Positions 1 to 8,149 of a DNA stretch of 64,000 nt are shown here, one piece after another. Under the pieces are notes generated by a model, which had not been told where the DNA came from, did no database searches, and saw nothing but the letters and a program-made list of their open reading frames with translations. Position 1 is the first letter of the stretch. Each line of letters opens with the position of its first letter. The position numbers were made by a program, and so were the translations under genes. The DNA is from a virus (taxonomy: Duplodnaviria; Caudoviricetes): the IMG/VR virus record IMGVR_UViG_3300033121_001394, positions 21,594-85,593 of that record, one strand, 5' to 3'.

Positions 1-51
1 AGCCAGAAATGATTATTCAAATCCTAAATTAACTCGATTGGAGATCACCTA

Positions 52-1164
52 ATGCTTAATTTCACCCATTATTCTGTAGGATATGGAATAAGTCATATTG
101 ATGAATTAGTTAAAAGGGCGGCGGAACTTAATTTGCCCTATCTTACTATTACTGACCTAAATAGTCTTGCTGGCTGCCCCGAGTTTTTAGAAACGGTCAA
201 TAAAGTTAATGAGAAACGAGAAAATAAGATTGTACCTATATTAGGGGCAACCTTTACTGTTCGTTTAGGCGAGTCCTTCGGACATATAAGTTTGTTATGT
301 AAGAATAAGAATGGGTGGCACAATCTGTTAAAAATTTTGTCAACAATGCAGGTTGATAAAGAGGAATTCTTCGAACTTAAAAATATTTTGGCAAACCTTA
401 CTAATTTGGACATAGTGCTTGGGGACTTTGAGGGCCGAGCGGCCCTTGCAAAAATATTGGGGGAAAAGGGTATTCCTTTTACTGAAACCAATGTCCAATC
501 CAACTATGTTCGGACAGAGGACAAAATTCTTCATCAAGTGGTTTTAAGTGGGCGGTTAGATTGTACTATTCCAGAAATCCCCCAAGTTATTGAAAAACAC
601 AAGGAATTTGCTAAGTTCTTTGGAGAGGACATTTTTGCCCTGACTGCGTCGGCCCATCTCAACTTATCTGGCTTTTCCCCATTTTCGCTGAAAGCGAAAC
701 CCTTTATCCCAAACTTTTCCCTAGACGGGCGATCATACGCCCCACCCGAGGCGGCTGAACTCCTTAAGAATTTATGTAGGGACGGCTGGGCGTCAAGAAA
801 ATTAAACTGGTTGTGCCGAAACGATCCGGCCCTTAAAGATGTTTATCTTAATAGGATTAAAGAGGAGTTAAAGACCTTTGAAGAGGCCAATCTCTCTAGT
901 TATTTCCTTATTGTCAAAGACTTAATGAAATATTCTAAAGACAATGGATATAGTTGTGGTTTAAGAGGTTCTGCTTCGGGTTGTTTAATTGCCTATTTGT
1001 CAGGAATTTCAGACGTTGATCCGATTTGGCCTGACAAAACTATTTCTTACGACCCTAATAAATCTTTGCTTTTTTCTAGATTTTATAATGCAGCACGCAT
1101 GAATTTTGGTCAAACATCTTTTACAGAATTTTCGTATGAGAAATTTAAATCTGTGAATAAATGA
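52..1164 (+). CDS. dnaE: DNA polymerase III alpha (DnaE), fragment 1: PHP domain and start of palm
   Basis: PHP-like start (HYSVGYGISHIDELVKRAAEL, ITDLN, HISLLCKN), then RIKEELKTF...YFLIVKD, RGSASGCLIAYLSGISDVDPI and LLFSRFYN. Stops just before the PDxDxD motif. Confidence 0.9.
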   Translation: MLNFTHYSVGYGISHIDELVKRAAELNLPYLTITDLNSLAGCPEFLETVNKVNEKRENKIVPILGATFTVRLGESFGHISLLCKNKNGWHNLLKILSTMQVDKEEFFELKNILANLTNLDIVLGDFEGRAALAKILGEKGIPFTETNVQSNYVRTEDKILHQVVLSGRLDCTIPEIPQVIEKHKEFAKFFGEDIFALTASAHLNLSGFSPFSLKAKPFIPNFSLDGRSYAPPEAAELLKNLCRDGWASRKLNWLCRNDPALKDVYLNRIKEELKTFEEANLSSYFLIVKDLMKYSKDNGYSCGLRGSASGCLIAYLSGISDVDPIWPDKTISYDPNKSLLFSRFYNAARMNFGQTSFTEFSYEKFKSVNK

Positions 1165-1931
1165 ATATGACGAAACACGATATAGAGAAATTTGAAAAGT
1201 TGGATAAAAATTCTGCATATTGGTTAGGATTTTTATGGGCAGATGGTTCTACTGATTACCAACCTGATAAAAGTAGATATATAACTAGACTTATGTTGGC
1301 TTCTAAAGATTTAGAACATCTTATTAAATTTAGAAATTATGTAGCACCTCATAGGAAAATTTATGAAAGAAAATCATATAAAGCCTATGAGGTACAAATT
1401 AGTAATCCTACATTATCTAAAAATCTACACCATTTAGGTATTATTACGGATAGAGCATATAATGCTATTTCTTTACCCAAATTAGAAATAAGCTTAATTT
1501 CTCACTTTATAAGAGGTTATTTTGATGGTGATGGCACTATTGGTTTATATGATAATATAGACAAAAGATGTAGTACTATTGGTTTAAAAGTACAATTAAA
1601 AATTACAAGTATAAATAAAAATGTAATTTTAGAATTACATAAAATTTTAGAAAGCAATGGTATTAAAGCAAATATTACTTTAGAGAAAAAAAGAACAGTT
1701 TATCATTTAGTGTGTGCGTCTAGAGCAAGCATAACTAATTTTATTAAATATATTTATCAAGATTCAAATTGCAACATTCGTTTAGAAAGAAAATATGAAA
1801 AATCAATGGGAATTATGGAATGGTATAATAATAAAGGAAAACCTTATAGTAAATCGACAATTATTCGACGAAGAGATACAAATTGTGGAAAAGATGGAAA
1901 AGGGGAAAGAATATTACCATTATCTATATAA
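1161..1931 (+). CDS. Free-standing LAGLIDADG homing endonuclease
   Basis: Two LAGLIDADG-type helices (AYWLGFLWADGS, FIRGYFDGDGT) and C-terminal YxxxxxxLERK. Overlaps both neighbouring dnaE fragments. Confidence 0.88.
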   Translation: MNMTKHDIEKFEKLDKNSAYWLGFLWADGSTDYQPDKSRYITRLMLASKDLEHLIKFRNYVAPHRKIYERKSYKAYEVQISNPTLSKNLHHLGIITDRAYNAISLPKLEISLISHFIRGYFDGDGTIGLYDNIDKRCSTIGLKVQLKITSINKNVILELHKILESNGIKANITLEKKRTVYHLVCASRASITNFIKYIYQDSNCNIRLERKYEKSMGIMEWYNNKGKPYSKSTIIRRRDTNCGKDGKGERILPLSI

Positions 1932-2661
1932 AAACATAAATTTAGATACAAAAAATACAAGTAATAGTCATATTATGTATGCTGCTGACAAAGTCACAAC
2001 TATAGATAAAAATAAAGGTGTTGTTAGAATAGGAGAAAACTTTGCGGCTCCTGATGTTGACATGGACGTATGCCCCTCTTTTAGAGAAGCAATTAAGAAG
2101 TATATTGTAGATAAATATGGGGCAAATAAGGTTGCTTCTTATATAGCGACATATGCAAGGTACGATGGTAAGGGTGCCTTTAAACAAGTATGTAGGGCAC
2201 TGGGGACGTTGACACCAGAGGAAGTTAATGATATTACTAAGTTCATGATTGATTATGCAAGAATTCAAGATGAACTTGAGGATTTAAAGCAGGAAGATCC
2301 CAAATACAATACTTTGCGGTATAATTTGGATCACGTCCTTGCCGTGCAACAACTTTATAAGGAATACAAAGAAGAATTTGATCTTGCCGTCCGCATTTCG
2401 GACACAATTTATTCTAGAAGCAAACACGCCGCAGGCGTAGTAATTTCTCCTAATAATTTAAATGAAAATTTTCCAATTTTTATTGAAAAAGACGGTACAA
2501 AAATATTAGGATTAGAAATGGAATGGGCAGAGTATGTTGGGGCACTTAAATACGACCTTTTATGTGTTGCTGCCTATGAGAAGATTGATAAGATTATAGA
2601 GATGATTAATACGGGTTCGAACGAGCCTGTAGTGGGAATTTTGGAAGAAGATACGGAGTAA
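1795..2661 (+). CDS. dnaE: DnaE fragment 2: catalytic palm/thumb
   Basis: Catalytic APDVDMD and LKYDLL motifs, SKHAAGVVIS, IVDKYG. The start could be 1795 or the ATG at 1894. Confidence 0.9.
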   Translation: MKNQWELWNGIIIKENLIVNRQLFDEEIQIVEKMEKGKEYYHYLYKNINLDTKNTSNSHIMYAADKVTTIDKNKGVVRIGENFAAPDVDMDVCPSFREAIKKYIVDKYGANKVASYIATYARYDGKGAFKQVCRALGTLTPEEVNDITKFMIDYARIQDELEDLKQEDPKYNTLRYNLDHVLAVQQLYKEYKEEFDLAVRISDTIYSRSKHAAGVVISPNNLNENFPIFIEKDGTKILGLEMEWAEYVGALKYDLLCVAAYEKIDKIIEMINTGSNEPVVGILEEDTE

Positions 2662-2664
2662 TTA

Positions 2665-2904
2665 ATGTTATTATTATTACCATTACATTTAACCAACCAA
2701 GAAAAAAAGTCGTTTAAAAGAATAGTAGGAAAATATATGATTGAGATTGCCTATCAAAATTCTACTGGTAATTGGCATTATTCTATTTGGTCTGAAAGAG
2801 AAGGTAAGAATAAGTTTATTCAATATGAACATTTTAAAGGCTTTGCTAATTCTCGTGAAAAAGCAGTGCGTAAATGTAATAAATGGTTAGTGAATCGTAT
2901 TTAA
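2665..2904 (+). CDS. hypothetical protein
   Basis: 79-aa ORF tightly packed in the operon. Confidence 0.55.
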   Translation: MLLLLPLHLTNQEKKSFKRIVGKYMIEIAYQNSTGNWHYSIWSEREGKNKFIQYEHFKGFANSREKAVRKCNKWLVNRI

Positions 2905-2919
2905 TTTTGCGGAGCAAAT

Positions 2920-3327
2920 ATGGAATATTTTAAAGCACAACGTTATGGTGATGCCGAAGGCAGACAGATCGAAGAAAGAACATATTATACTGCCGGAGGC
3001 AAAAAGACCAATATTATGGATATGGAGGCAGATGCTTCCCATACTGAGATGGAACTTCCGCCCGAATATTTTGCGGTAGTATTGGTTCCGGCTAATTTGG
3101 GAATGTTACCTGTTGTTGGTTCCAATCAACAACCTATTGGGGTTGCCCCTCATATTGCCCTTATTGAGAATTTCCTACCAATTCCGGGGGCTAAGACGCC
3201 ACATGAGGCAATGCTTAAGGTTGATTCCATCATGGATGGATATAAGAAAAAGACTGAAGAGGCACGGAAACAAAGTAAATTAGTTACGGCCCAAGCCGTT
3301 CCTTCTACTAAGTTGCATTTATCATGA
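2920..3327 (+). CDS. hypothetical protein
   Basis: 135-aa ORF with GGAG upstream; ATGA coupling to the next gene. Confidence 0.7.
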   Translation: MEYFKAQRYGDAEGRQIEERTYYTAGGKKTNIMDMEADASHTEMELPPEYFAVVLVPANLGMLPVVGSNQQPIGVAPHIALIENFLPIPGAKTPHEAMLKVDSIMDGYKKKTEEARKQSKLVTAQAVPSTKLHLS

Positions 3328-3701
3328 GTTCCCAACCTTTCACATTTAAATTTGAGGCGTTGTCTAACGACAACAAGGTTATAGATATCGGAGACATTGT
3401 TTATCAAATGAGATGTCAAGCGAAGCAGTTACCCGAGGTAATAATCCTAAAAATTTTGGAAAAGATTCCTCAGACACGTAAGTTAAGAGTGGTGACTTTG
3501 TCATCAAAACCCACGGTATACGAAGTACATCCGAAGGATGTAACCACTGATTATAAAGCACTGTGTACCTCTTGGATTACTGATCTTACAGCCGTCGCAG
3601 ACTTCGTACCGCAACAAATTGCTGCGTTGCAGCAAGTAATACAAACGGGTTTACCCGAGGCACCGCAGGTGACTGTAGATAGTAAAGAAATAGAAATATA
3701 A
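3324..3701 (+). CDS. hypothetical protein
   Basis: 125-aa ORF translationally coupled to the upstream gene. Confidence 0.7.
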   Translation: MSSQPFTFKFEALSNDNKVIDIGDIVYQMRCQAKQLPEVIILKILEKIPQTRKLRVVTLSSKPTVYEVHPKDVTTDYKALCTSWITDLTAVADFVPQQIAALQQVIQTGLPEAPQVTVDSKEIEI

Positions 3702-3712
3702 GGAGATTAGTA

Positions 3713-4336
3713 ATTAATCAGAGAGCAATAATAGTTACAGACACGGAGACTACTGGACTTTCAGTGGACGATGGTCATGAGATTACTGAATTGGCAGCAA
3801 TTGCCCTTAATGCCCATGACTTTGAACCTCACCACGCCGGTAAGTTTCAAGTTTTTATTAAGCCCAAGAACCTAGAAATAGTTTCTGCTGGGGCTGTTAA
3901 GGTAGCAAAAGAAAGTTATGAAAAGGCTATGGCTGAGGGTGTGGACGCCAAAGTTGCCATGCGGCACTTTATGGAATTTTGTAATAAGGTTAATGATAAA
4001 CAGTTAGACAGTACCCGCCCCTACCTTGCTGGTCATAACTGCCCCTTTGATTACAAATTTATCAATGTTACTGCAAAGAAATGCGGCCTTATTAAAGGTG
4101 ACAAAGACGCCCCTTGGCACTATCACTTTATCGACACTTTACCTATGATGTTTTGTCTATTTGAGAGTGATCCAACAGTAAATAGGTGGAACCTTGATAC
4201 TTTGTTAGGTAAACTTAACATGAAGAGGTCGGGAACGACTCACGGGGCTATGGAGGACGTTGAGTTAACAGCAGAGGCTTTACGTCGTATGCTTAAATTC
4301 TTTAGGACTGCTTCTAAGAAAATGAAGATTGCTTAG
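3713..4336 (+). CDS. DEDDh 3'-5' exonuclease (DnaQ/epsilon-like)
   Basis: ExoI IVTDTETTGL (upstream of the ORF-track start at 3764), ExoII AGHNCPFD, ExoIII HGAMEDV. AAGGAG at 3700-3705 points to an ATT start at 3713. Confidence 0.85.
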   Translation: MNQRAIIVTDTETTGLSVDDGHEITELAAIALNAHDFEPHHAGKFQVFIKPKNLEIVSAGAVKVAKESYEKAMAEGVDAKVAMRHFMEFCNKVNDKQLDSTRPYLAGHNCPFDYKFINVTAKKCGLIKGDKDAPWHYHFIDTLPMMFCLFESDPTVNRWNLDTLLGKLNMKRSGTTHGAMEDVELTAEALRRMLKFFRTASKKMKIA

Positions 4337-4364
4337 CAATTTTAAGAAAGGATACGAAGTATCT

Positions 4365-4679
4365 ATGGCAATTAAACTAGCATTACACGAAAAGGCTTCA
4401 CCGAAAAAAACTAAGGCTAAAAATAATACGTTGCACTCTGTGCGACTTATTGTAGATTTTCCAGCAGAAATTACTTCAGAAGATAAAACAGTTTTGGCTA
4501 AAATGACCAACAGATTGTTAAAGTATGTCTTTGAAGAATCTACTCCTGAAGAATTAACAAAGCGTAATATTAATGTGTATTTAAATGCTTATAAAGATAA
4601 TAAGAAGAAGGAAGAGAATTATTTAGTAATTAGTACGAATGGTAATTGGACACCGATTAATTCAATAAATAAATCATGA
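4365..4679 (+). CDS. hypothetical protein
   Basis: ATG at 4365 after AAGGA; coupled to the next gene. Confidence 0.65.
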   Translation: MAIKLALHEKASPKKTKAKNNTLHSVRLIVDFPAEITSEDKTVLAKMTNRLLKYVFEESTPEELTKRNINVYLNAYKDNKKKEENYLVISTNGNWTPINSINKS

Positions 4680-4858
4680 TACCACAAGCAATACCAACTA
4701 TGGAGGTTATGGGCGAACCAATCGTCCATACTACTTTGAATCATTCTGAAATTAACCTAACGGCAGCCTATATTATTATAGGTATTTGTATTCTTGGATT
4801 ACTCTTTAGGATACCATTAGGTTGTAGAAATCAATCACGGGGTAAATATGAAAACTGA
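4676..4858 (+). CDS. small membrane protein
   Basis: 60 aa with hydrophobic stretch AAYIIIGICILGLLF. Confidence 0.55.
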   Translation: MIPQAIPTMEVMGEPIVHTTLNHSEINLTAAYIIIGICILGLLFRIPLGCRNQSRGKYEN

Positions 4859-5321
4859 AGTTTTACTAGGAAATGGTGTTGGGGTGGGACCAGACATATG
4901 GTTTAAAAATCCTGTAGAGTTTACGCACTTAGATTTATCGAGCAATTTTTACCATTATAGATGGTTATTTACTCATCATTATGGTCAACATAATAATGCT
5001 ATACTACCTACTTCATATTTAAAACAGATCCAATCCATGACTGTTGAACAATGGTATCAGAGTTGTGGTGATGGTTTTGTTATATTTCCTTTAAGATATC
5101 ATGGAATCAATGAGTCTATTGTAAATTTCTATAAAGATGAAGATTGTATTGTTTGGTTAGGATATGATCGTAAAATTTTACGTAATATTGCTAAAATAAC
5201 AAAAATAGTTTGCGAAGAACATTATCCATCAGATGATACTTCTTTATTCTTACGTTTGATTAAATTTAAATATACAAAAGAATATGGGGATAAACCGTGG
5301 ATTAATAAGGATTCATTATGA
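4848..5321 (+). CDS. hypothetical protein
   Basis: 157-aa ORF overlapping both neighbours by a few bases. Confidence 0.65.
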   Translation: MKTEVLLGNGVGVGPDIWFKNPVEFTHLDLSSNFYHYRWLFTHHYGQHNNAILPTSYLKQIQSMTVEQWYQSCGDGFVIFPLRYHGINESIVNFYKDEDCIVWLGYDRKILRNIAKITKIVCEEHYPSDDTSLFLRLIKFKYTKEYGDKPWINKDSL

Positions 5322-5725
5322 AATATGTTTTTGGACAAAAACACGCAAAATATTTTCAACATTTTGACAGACCTTATTTTACGCACGAGCAAACCATTTG
5401 CGGAGTAGGCCCTTTTTATTCTTTGGACCAAATATTATTGTGTCTACAAAATAGACCTAGTTTAGCCAATCGTATAAAAAAGGCACGGGTCGGTACCTTT
5501 ATCCAAATTTGCAATAGATTAAGTCTTGGTAGTCCACCATATGGTATTAAGGTTATAGATGATGATAGTGTAACTGAATTAATTCATAATTTAAATGAAA
5601 TCAAGGAGTTGAACCGTGAATTAAATGCAACGGGGATACCAGAGAGAATCAGAAGAATTAGAAAAAGCATCGAAGAGAAAGAAAACGAATTGTTTGGGAA
5701 AAAACCTAAGGGACACTATGAGTAA
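5318..5725 (+). CDS. hypothetical protein with C-terminal coiled coil
   Basis: 135-aa ORF with ATGA coupling. Confidence 0.65.
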   Translation: MKYVFGQKHAKYFQHFDRPYFTHEQTICGVGPFYSLDQILLCLQNRPSLANRIKKARVGTFIQICNRLSLGSPPYGIKVIDDDSVTELIHNLNEIKELNRELNATGIPERIRRIRKSIEEKENELFGKKPKGHYE

Positions 5726-5918
5726 AAAAAGAACAATGAACAATAAGCAAATTGCCCACATTGTTGATAACGAAGGTTTGGGTTATGCTATTACAGATTA
5801 TATGGGTTCTGAAGATTTTAAAGATAGACATCTCGCAAAGTTGTGGGATCAGGCAAAAGAAATTTTAGATGAAATTACAGAAATACTAGATGAGGCTAAT
5901 CCAGATGGAGAAAACTAA
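5718..5918 (+). CDS. hypothetical protein
   Basis: ATG at 5718 overlapping the upstream stop; acidic 66-aa product. Confidence 0.6.
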   Translation: MSKKRTMNNKQIAHIVDNEGLGYAITDYMGSEDFKDRHLAKLWDQAKEILDEITEILDEANPDGEN

Positions 5919-6408
5919 AGATTATCGGCTGGATAGCCGAACAAAAGAGCAGTTTGCGGCAGATATTAAGGCGGCAACGGCCCAAGAAAAGATCCTTATG
6001 GGCCTGTATGTAGAGTGGTTGAATAAAACGAAGGGCAGTGGTAAAGCCCCCTATTCTTTTACAGATAATGGGGTTGATAACTCGGGAGAATATTTAGAAC
6101 CCGGTACGGCCCATGCCGCCGCCGATTTTATTCTTCACAAAAAGGGTGGAAGAGATAAAAAGATCGAGATAAAATTCTGTAGGCCCGAACGCCCTGAATT
6201 TAATTTTAAGGTTGCCCAAATGGAAAAATACGTCCGAGAGGACGTTTGTATCATAAACTTTATGGGTGTTGAGACACAAAATCGTAGATTTTGTATTTTT
6301 ACTCCGAAGGATTTGAAGGAGGCGTTAGCCTCTGGGGAACGTAAACGTTTTTGGCATAAGGATTGTATAAGATTTAAGACGAACCAGCAGAAATGGATAA
6401 ATGTATGA
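5905..6408 (+). CDS. PD-(D/E)XK nuclease-like protein
   Basis: ADFIL...KIEIKF arrangement resembles the D...(D/E)xK active site. Confidence 0.5.
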   Translation: MEKTKDYRLDSRTKEQFAADIKAATAQEKILMGLYVEWLNKTKGSGKAPYSFTDNGVDNSGEYLEPGTAHAAADFILHKKGGRDKKIEIKFCRPERPEFNFKVAQMEKYVREDVCIINFMGVETQNRRFCIFTPKDLKEALASGERKRFWHKDCIRFKTNQQKWINV

Positions 6409-6701
6409 TTTTTCAAATGCCCACCGATGATTTACTTAATGAAGTTAAAATAGCATTAGTCAATAGAATGTTATTTTATGATTGGGAAGTCGATAAACCT
6501 GATCCTGTCAACAGATTAATTTCTACATATTGTGATCATCAGAAAATTTCGGAAGGTTTTGTAAGAACAACTCCTATTAATAACAATTTAATACCTCAGG
6601 AAATGAATTGTTTACCAATACCATTATCTCGTAAAAAAGATGTGCAGTGGTTTTTGTTACAAAATCTTAAGACTAAAGATATTCATTTTGGAGTATGTTA
6701 A
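6405..6701 (+). CDS. hypothetical protein
   Basis: ATGA overlap with the upstream stop at 6405-6408. Confidence 0.6.
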   Translation: MIFQMPTDDLLNEVKIALVNRMLFYDWEVDKPDPVNRLISTYCDHQKISEGFVRTTPINNNLIPQEMNCLPIPLSRKKDVQWFLLQNLKTKDIHFGVC

Positions 6702-7057
6702 TGGGACTAACGCACTGGGAAAAATATTACGAAATAGATGCTTCTCATCCCAAAGAAATACGTAAGTTGCTACACAAACATCTTGGAGAGATACATAATT
6801 TAGGATGTTGGTTATTACCAAGAGGCAAGGAATTTAGAAATTACGTTAAGAGTAAGCCAATCGCCCGTAATATTTTTAAGTTTGAATCCTATGATGATAT
6901 CCACTACTATAGAGAGTTTCTTAGGTTGATCGCTAAGAAACAATATAAGAAAGCATACAAGTTATATTGGGATATGGATACTTTTCCTCGTGATTTTATC
7001 TCAGAACAGTTTAAGACAATTTTAGATTACGCTTGGAACGGCGAACCATATGAATAA
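6695..7057 (+). CDS. hypothetical protein
   Basis: 120-aa ORF in the operon. Confidence 0.65.
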   Translation: MLMGLTHWEKYYEIDASHPKEIRKLLHKHLGEIHNLGCWLLPRGKEFRNYVKSKPIARNIFKFESYDDIHYYREFLRLIAKKQYKKAYKLYWDMDTFPRDFISEQFKTILDYAWNGEPYE

Positions 7058-7109
7058 ACTTGATATCTCCCAAATTAATTACGCCGATACCAAAGATTTT
7101 GCGACATAA
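7050..7109 (+). pseudogene. 19-codon remnant of the original 5' end of dnaE fragment 3
   Basis: Translates MNKLDISQINYADTKDFAT*. The start overlaps the upstream stop, and the peptide matches the DnaE LDIxxIxxxDxKxF segment that precedes the VFQxES region. Confidence 0.55.
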
Positions 7110-7121
7110 AATCTACTTAAA

Positions 7122-7128
7122 GTGAATA
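7122..7128 (+). promoter_or_regulatory. GTGAATA variant of the late-promoter motif
   Basis: GTGAATAAT followed by 5 nt and the ATG at 7136; no Shine-Dalgarno sequence. Confidence 0.4.
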
Positions 7129-7135
7129 ATTCTAC

Positions 7136-8149
7136 ATGAATAAACCAGAAACGAATGATATTGAGCGTCAAATATGCACAGATTATGAAAACTTTGAGAT
7201 TTCTATTAAAGAAATATCTAAAAAATTTAAGGTACATAGTTTTTTTATTTATCAGACTTTGCAAAAATACAATATACCTAGAAGAAGAGTGGCCGCAGGC
7301 TGTTCACAAAATACTGTTTATAAAGTGCCAAGAGATGATCATCCGTTGATAATTGAAAAATATAAAAGGGGTGCTAGTTTAAAAGAAATAGGACAAAAAT
7401 ACGGAGTTACCGAATCTTGTATTTCAATTATTATAAGAACTTATGGTGTACAAGGACGAACTCGCAAATATCGTTTAAAAGAAAATTTTTTTGAAACTAT
7501 CAATTCTGAAGAAAAGGCTTATTTTCTTGGATTTTTATTTGCTGACGGGCATAATAACACTCAGAAAAAACAAATTAGTTTACAATTAGCGTGTAAAGAT
7601 AAAGAAATTTTAGACCAATTTAACAAGATCATTTATCTAGATGAAAAACCTTTGTATTTTCGTAAAGGCAAAGCGGTTTTGATAAAAGGTAAACCGGCTA
7701 ATCGCACTGATTCTTATTGTTTGGAAATTAATTCTACAAAAATATCAGATGATTTAGCACATCTTGGTTGCGTAAGACAAAAGACAATTAAATGTTTCCC
7801 TCCAACACTTAAATTAGAATTTTTTAAACATTTTTTAAGAGGTTATTTTGATGGGGATGGGTGTCTGTGTATTCCAAAAATAGAATTTAATAGAGGAGGT
7901 GCGATACAAATTGCTGTAAACAAACCTTTTGGATTGGAAATTATTAAAGAATTATCTAAATATTTAGACATCAATATACATTTATATCAATCTTCTCACA
8001 AAAATATGCTATATTATATAACTATTGGTGGCATACATCAAATTAAAAAATTTATGGATTTCATTTATCAAGATGCACAATTTTTCTTGAAACGTAAGAA
8101 GGAAAAATACGAGGAGTTTAATAGATTATATGAAGCACACTGTCATTGA
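7136..8149 (+). CDS. Free-standing LAGLIDADG homing endonuclease with N-terminal HTH repeats
   Basis: KAYFLGFLFADGH and FLRGYFDGDGC motifs, two N-terminal HTH-like units (SIKEISKKFKV, SLKEIGQKYGV), C-terminal FLKRK. Confidence 0.9.
   Translation: MNKPETNDIERQICTDYENFEISIKEISKKFKVHSFFIYQTLQKYNIPRRRVAAGCSQNTVYKVPRDDHPLIIEKYKRGASLKEIGQKYGVTESCISIIIRTYGVQGRTRKYRLKENFFETINSEEKAYFLGFLFADGHNNTQKKQISLQLACKDKEILDQFNKIIYLDEKPLYFRKGKAVLIKGKPANRTDSYCLEINSTKISDDLAHLGCVRQKTIKCFPPTLKLEFFKHFLRGYFDGDGCLCIPKIEFNRGGAIQIAVNKPFGLEIIKELSKYLDINIHLYQSSHKNMLYYITIGGIHQIKKFMDFIYQDAQFFLKRKKEKYEEFNRLYEAHCH

Noticed and set aside
1100-2050. Group I intron or split intein explaining the first dnaE break
   Set aside because: The endonuclease ORF overlaps both fragments, leaving no room for a ribozyme core, and there are no intein Cys1 or His-Asn termini.
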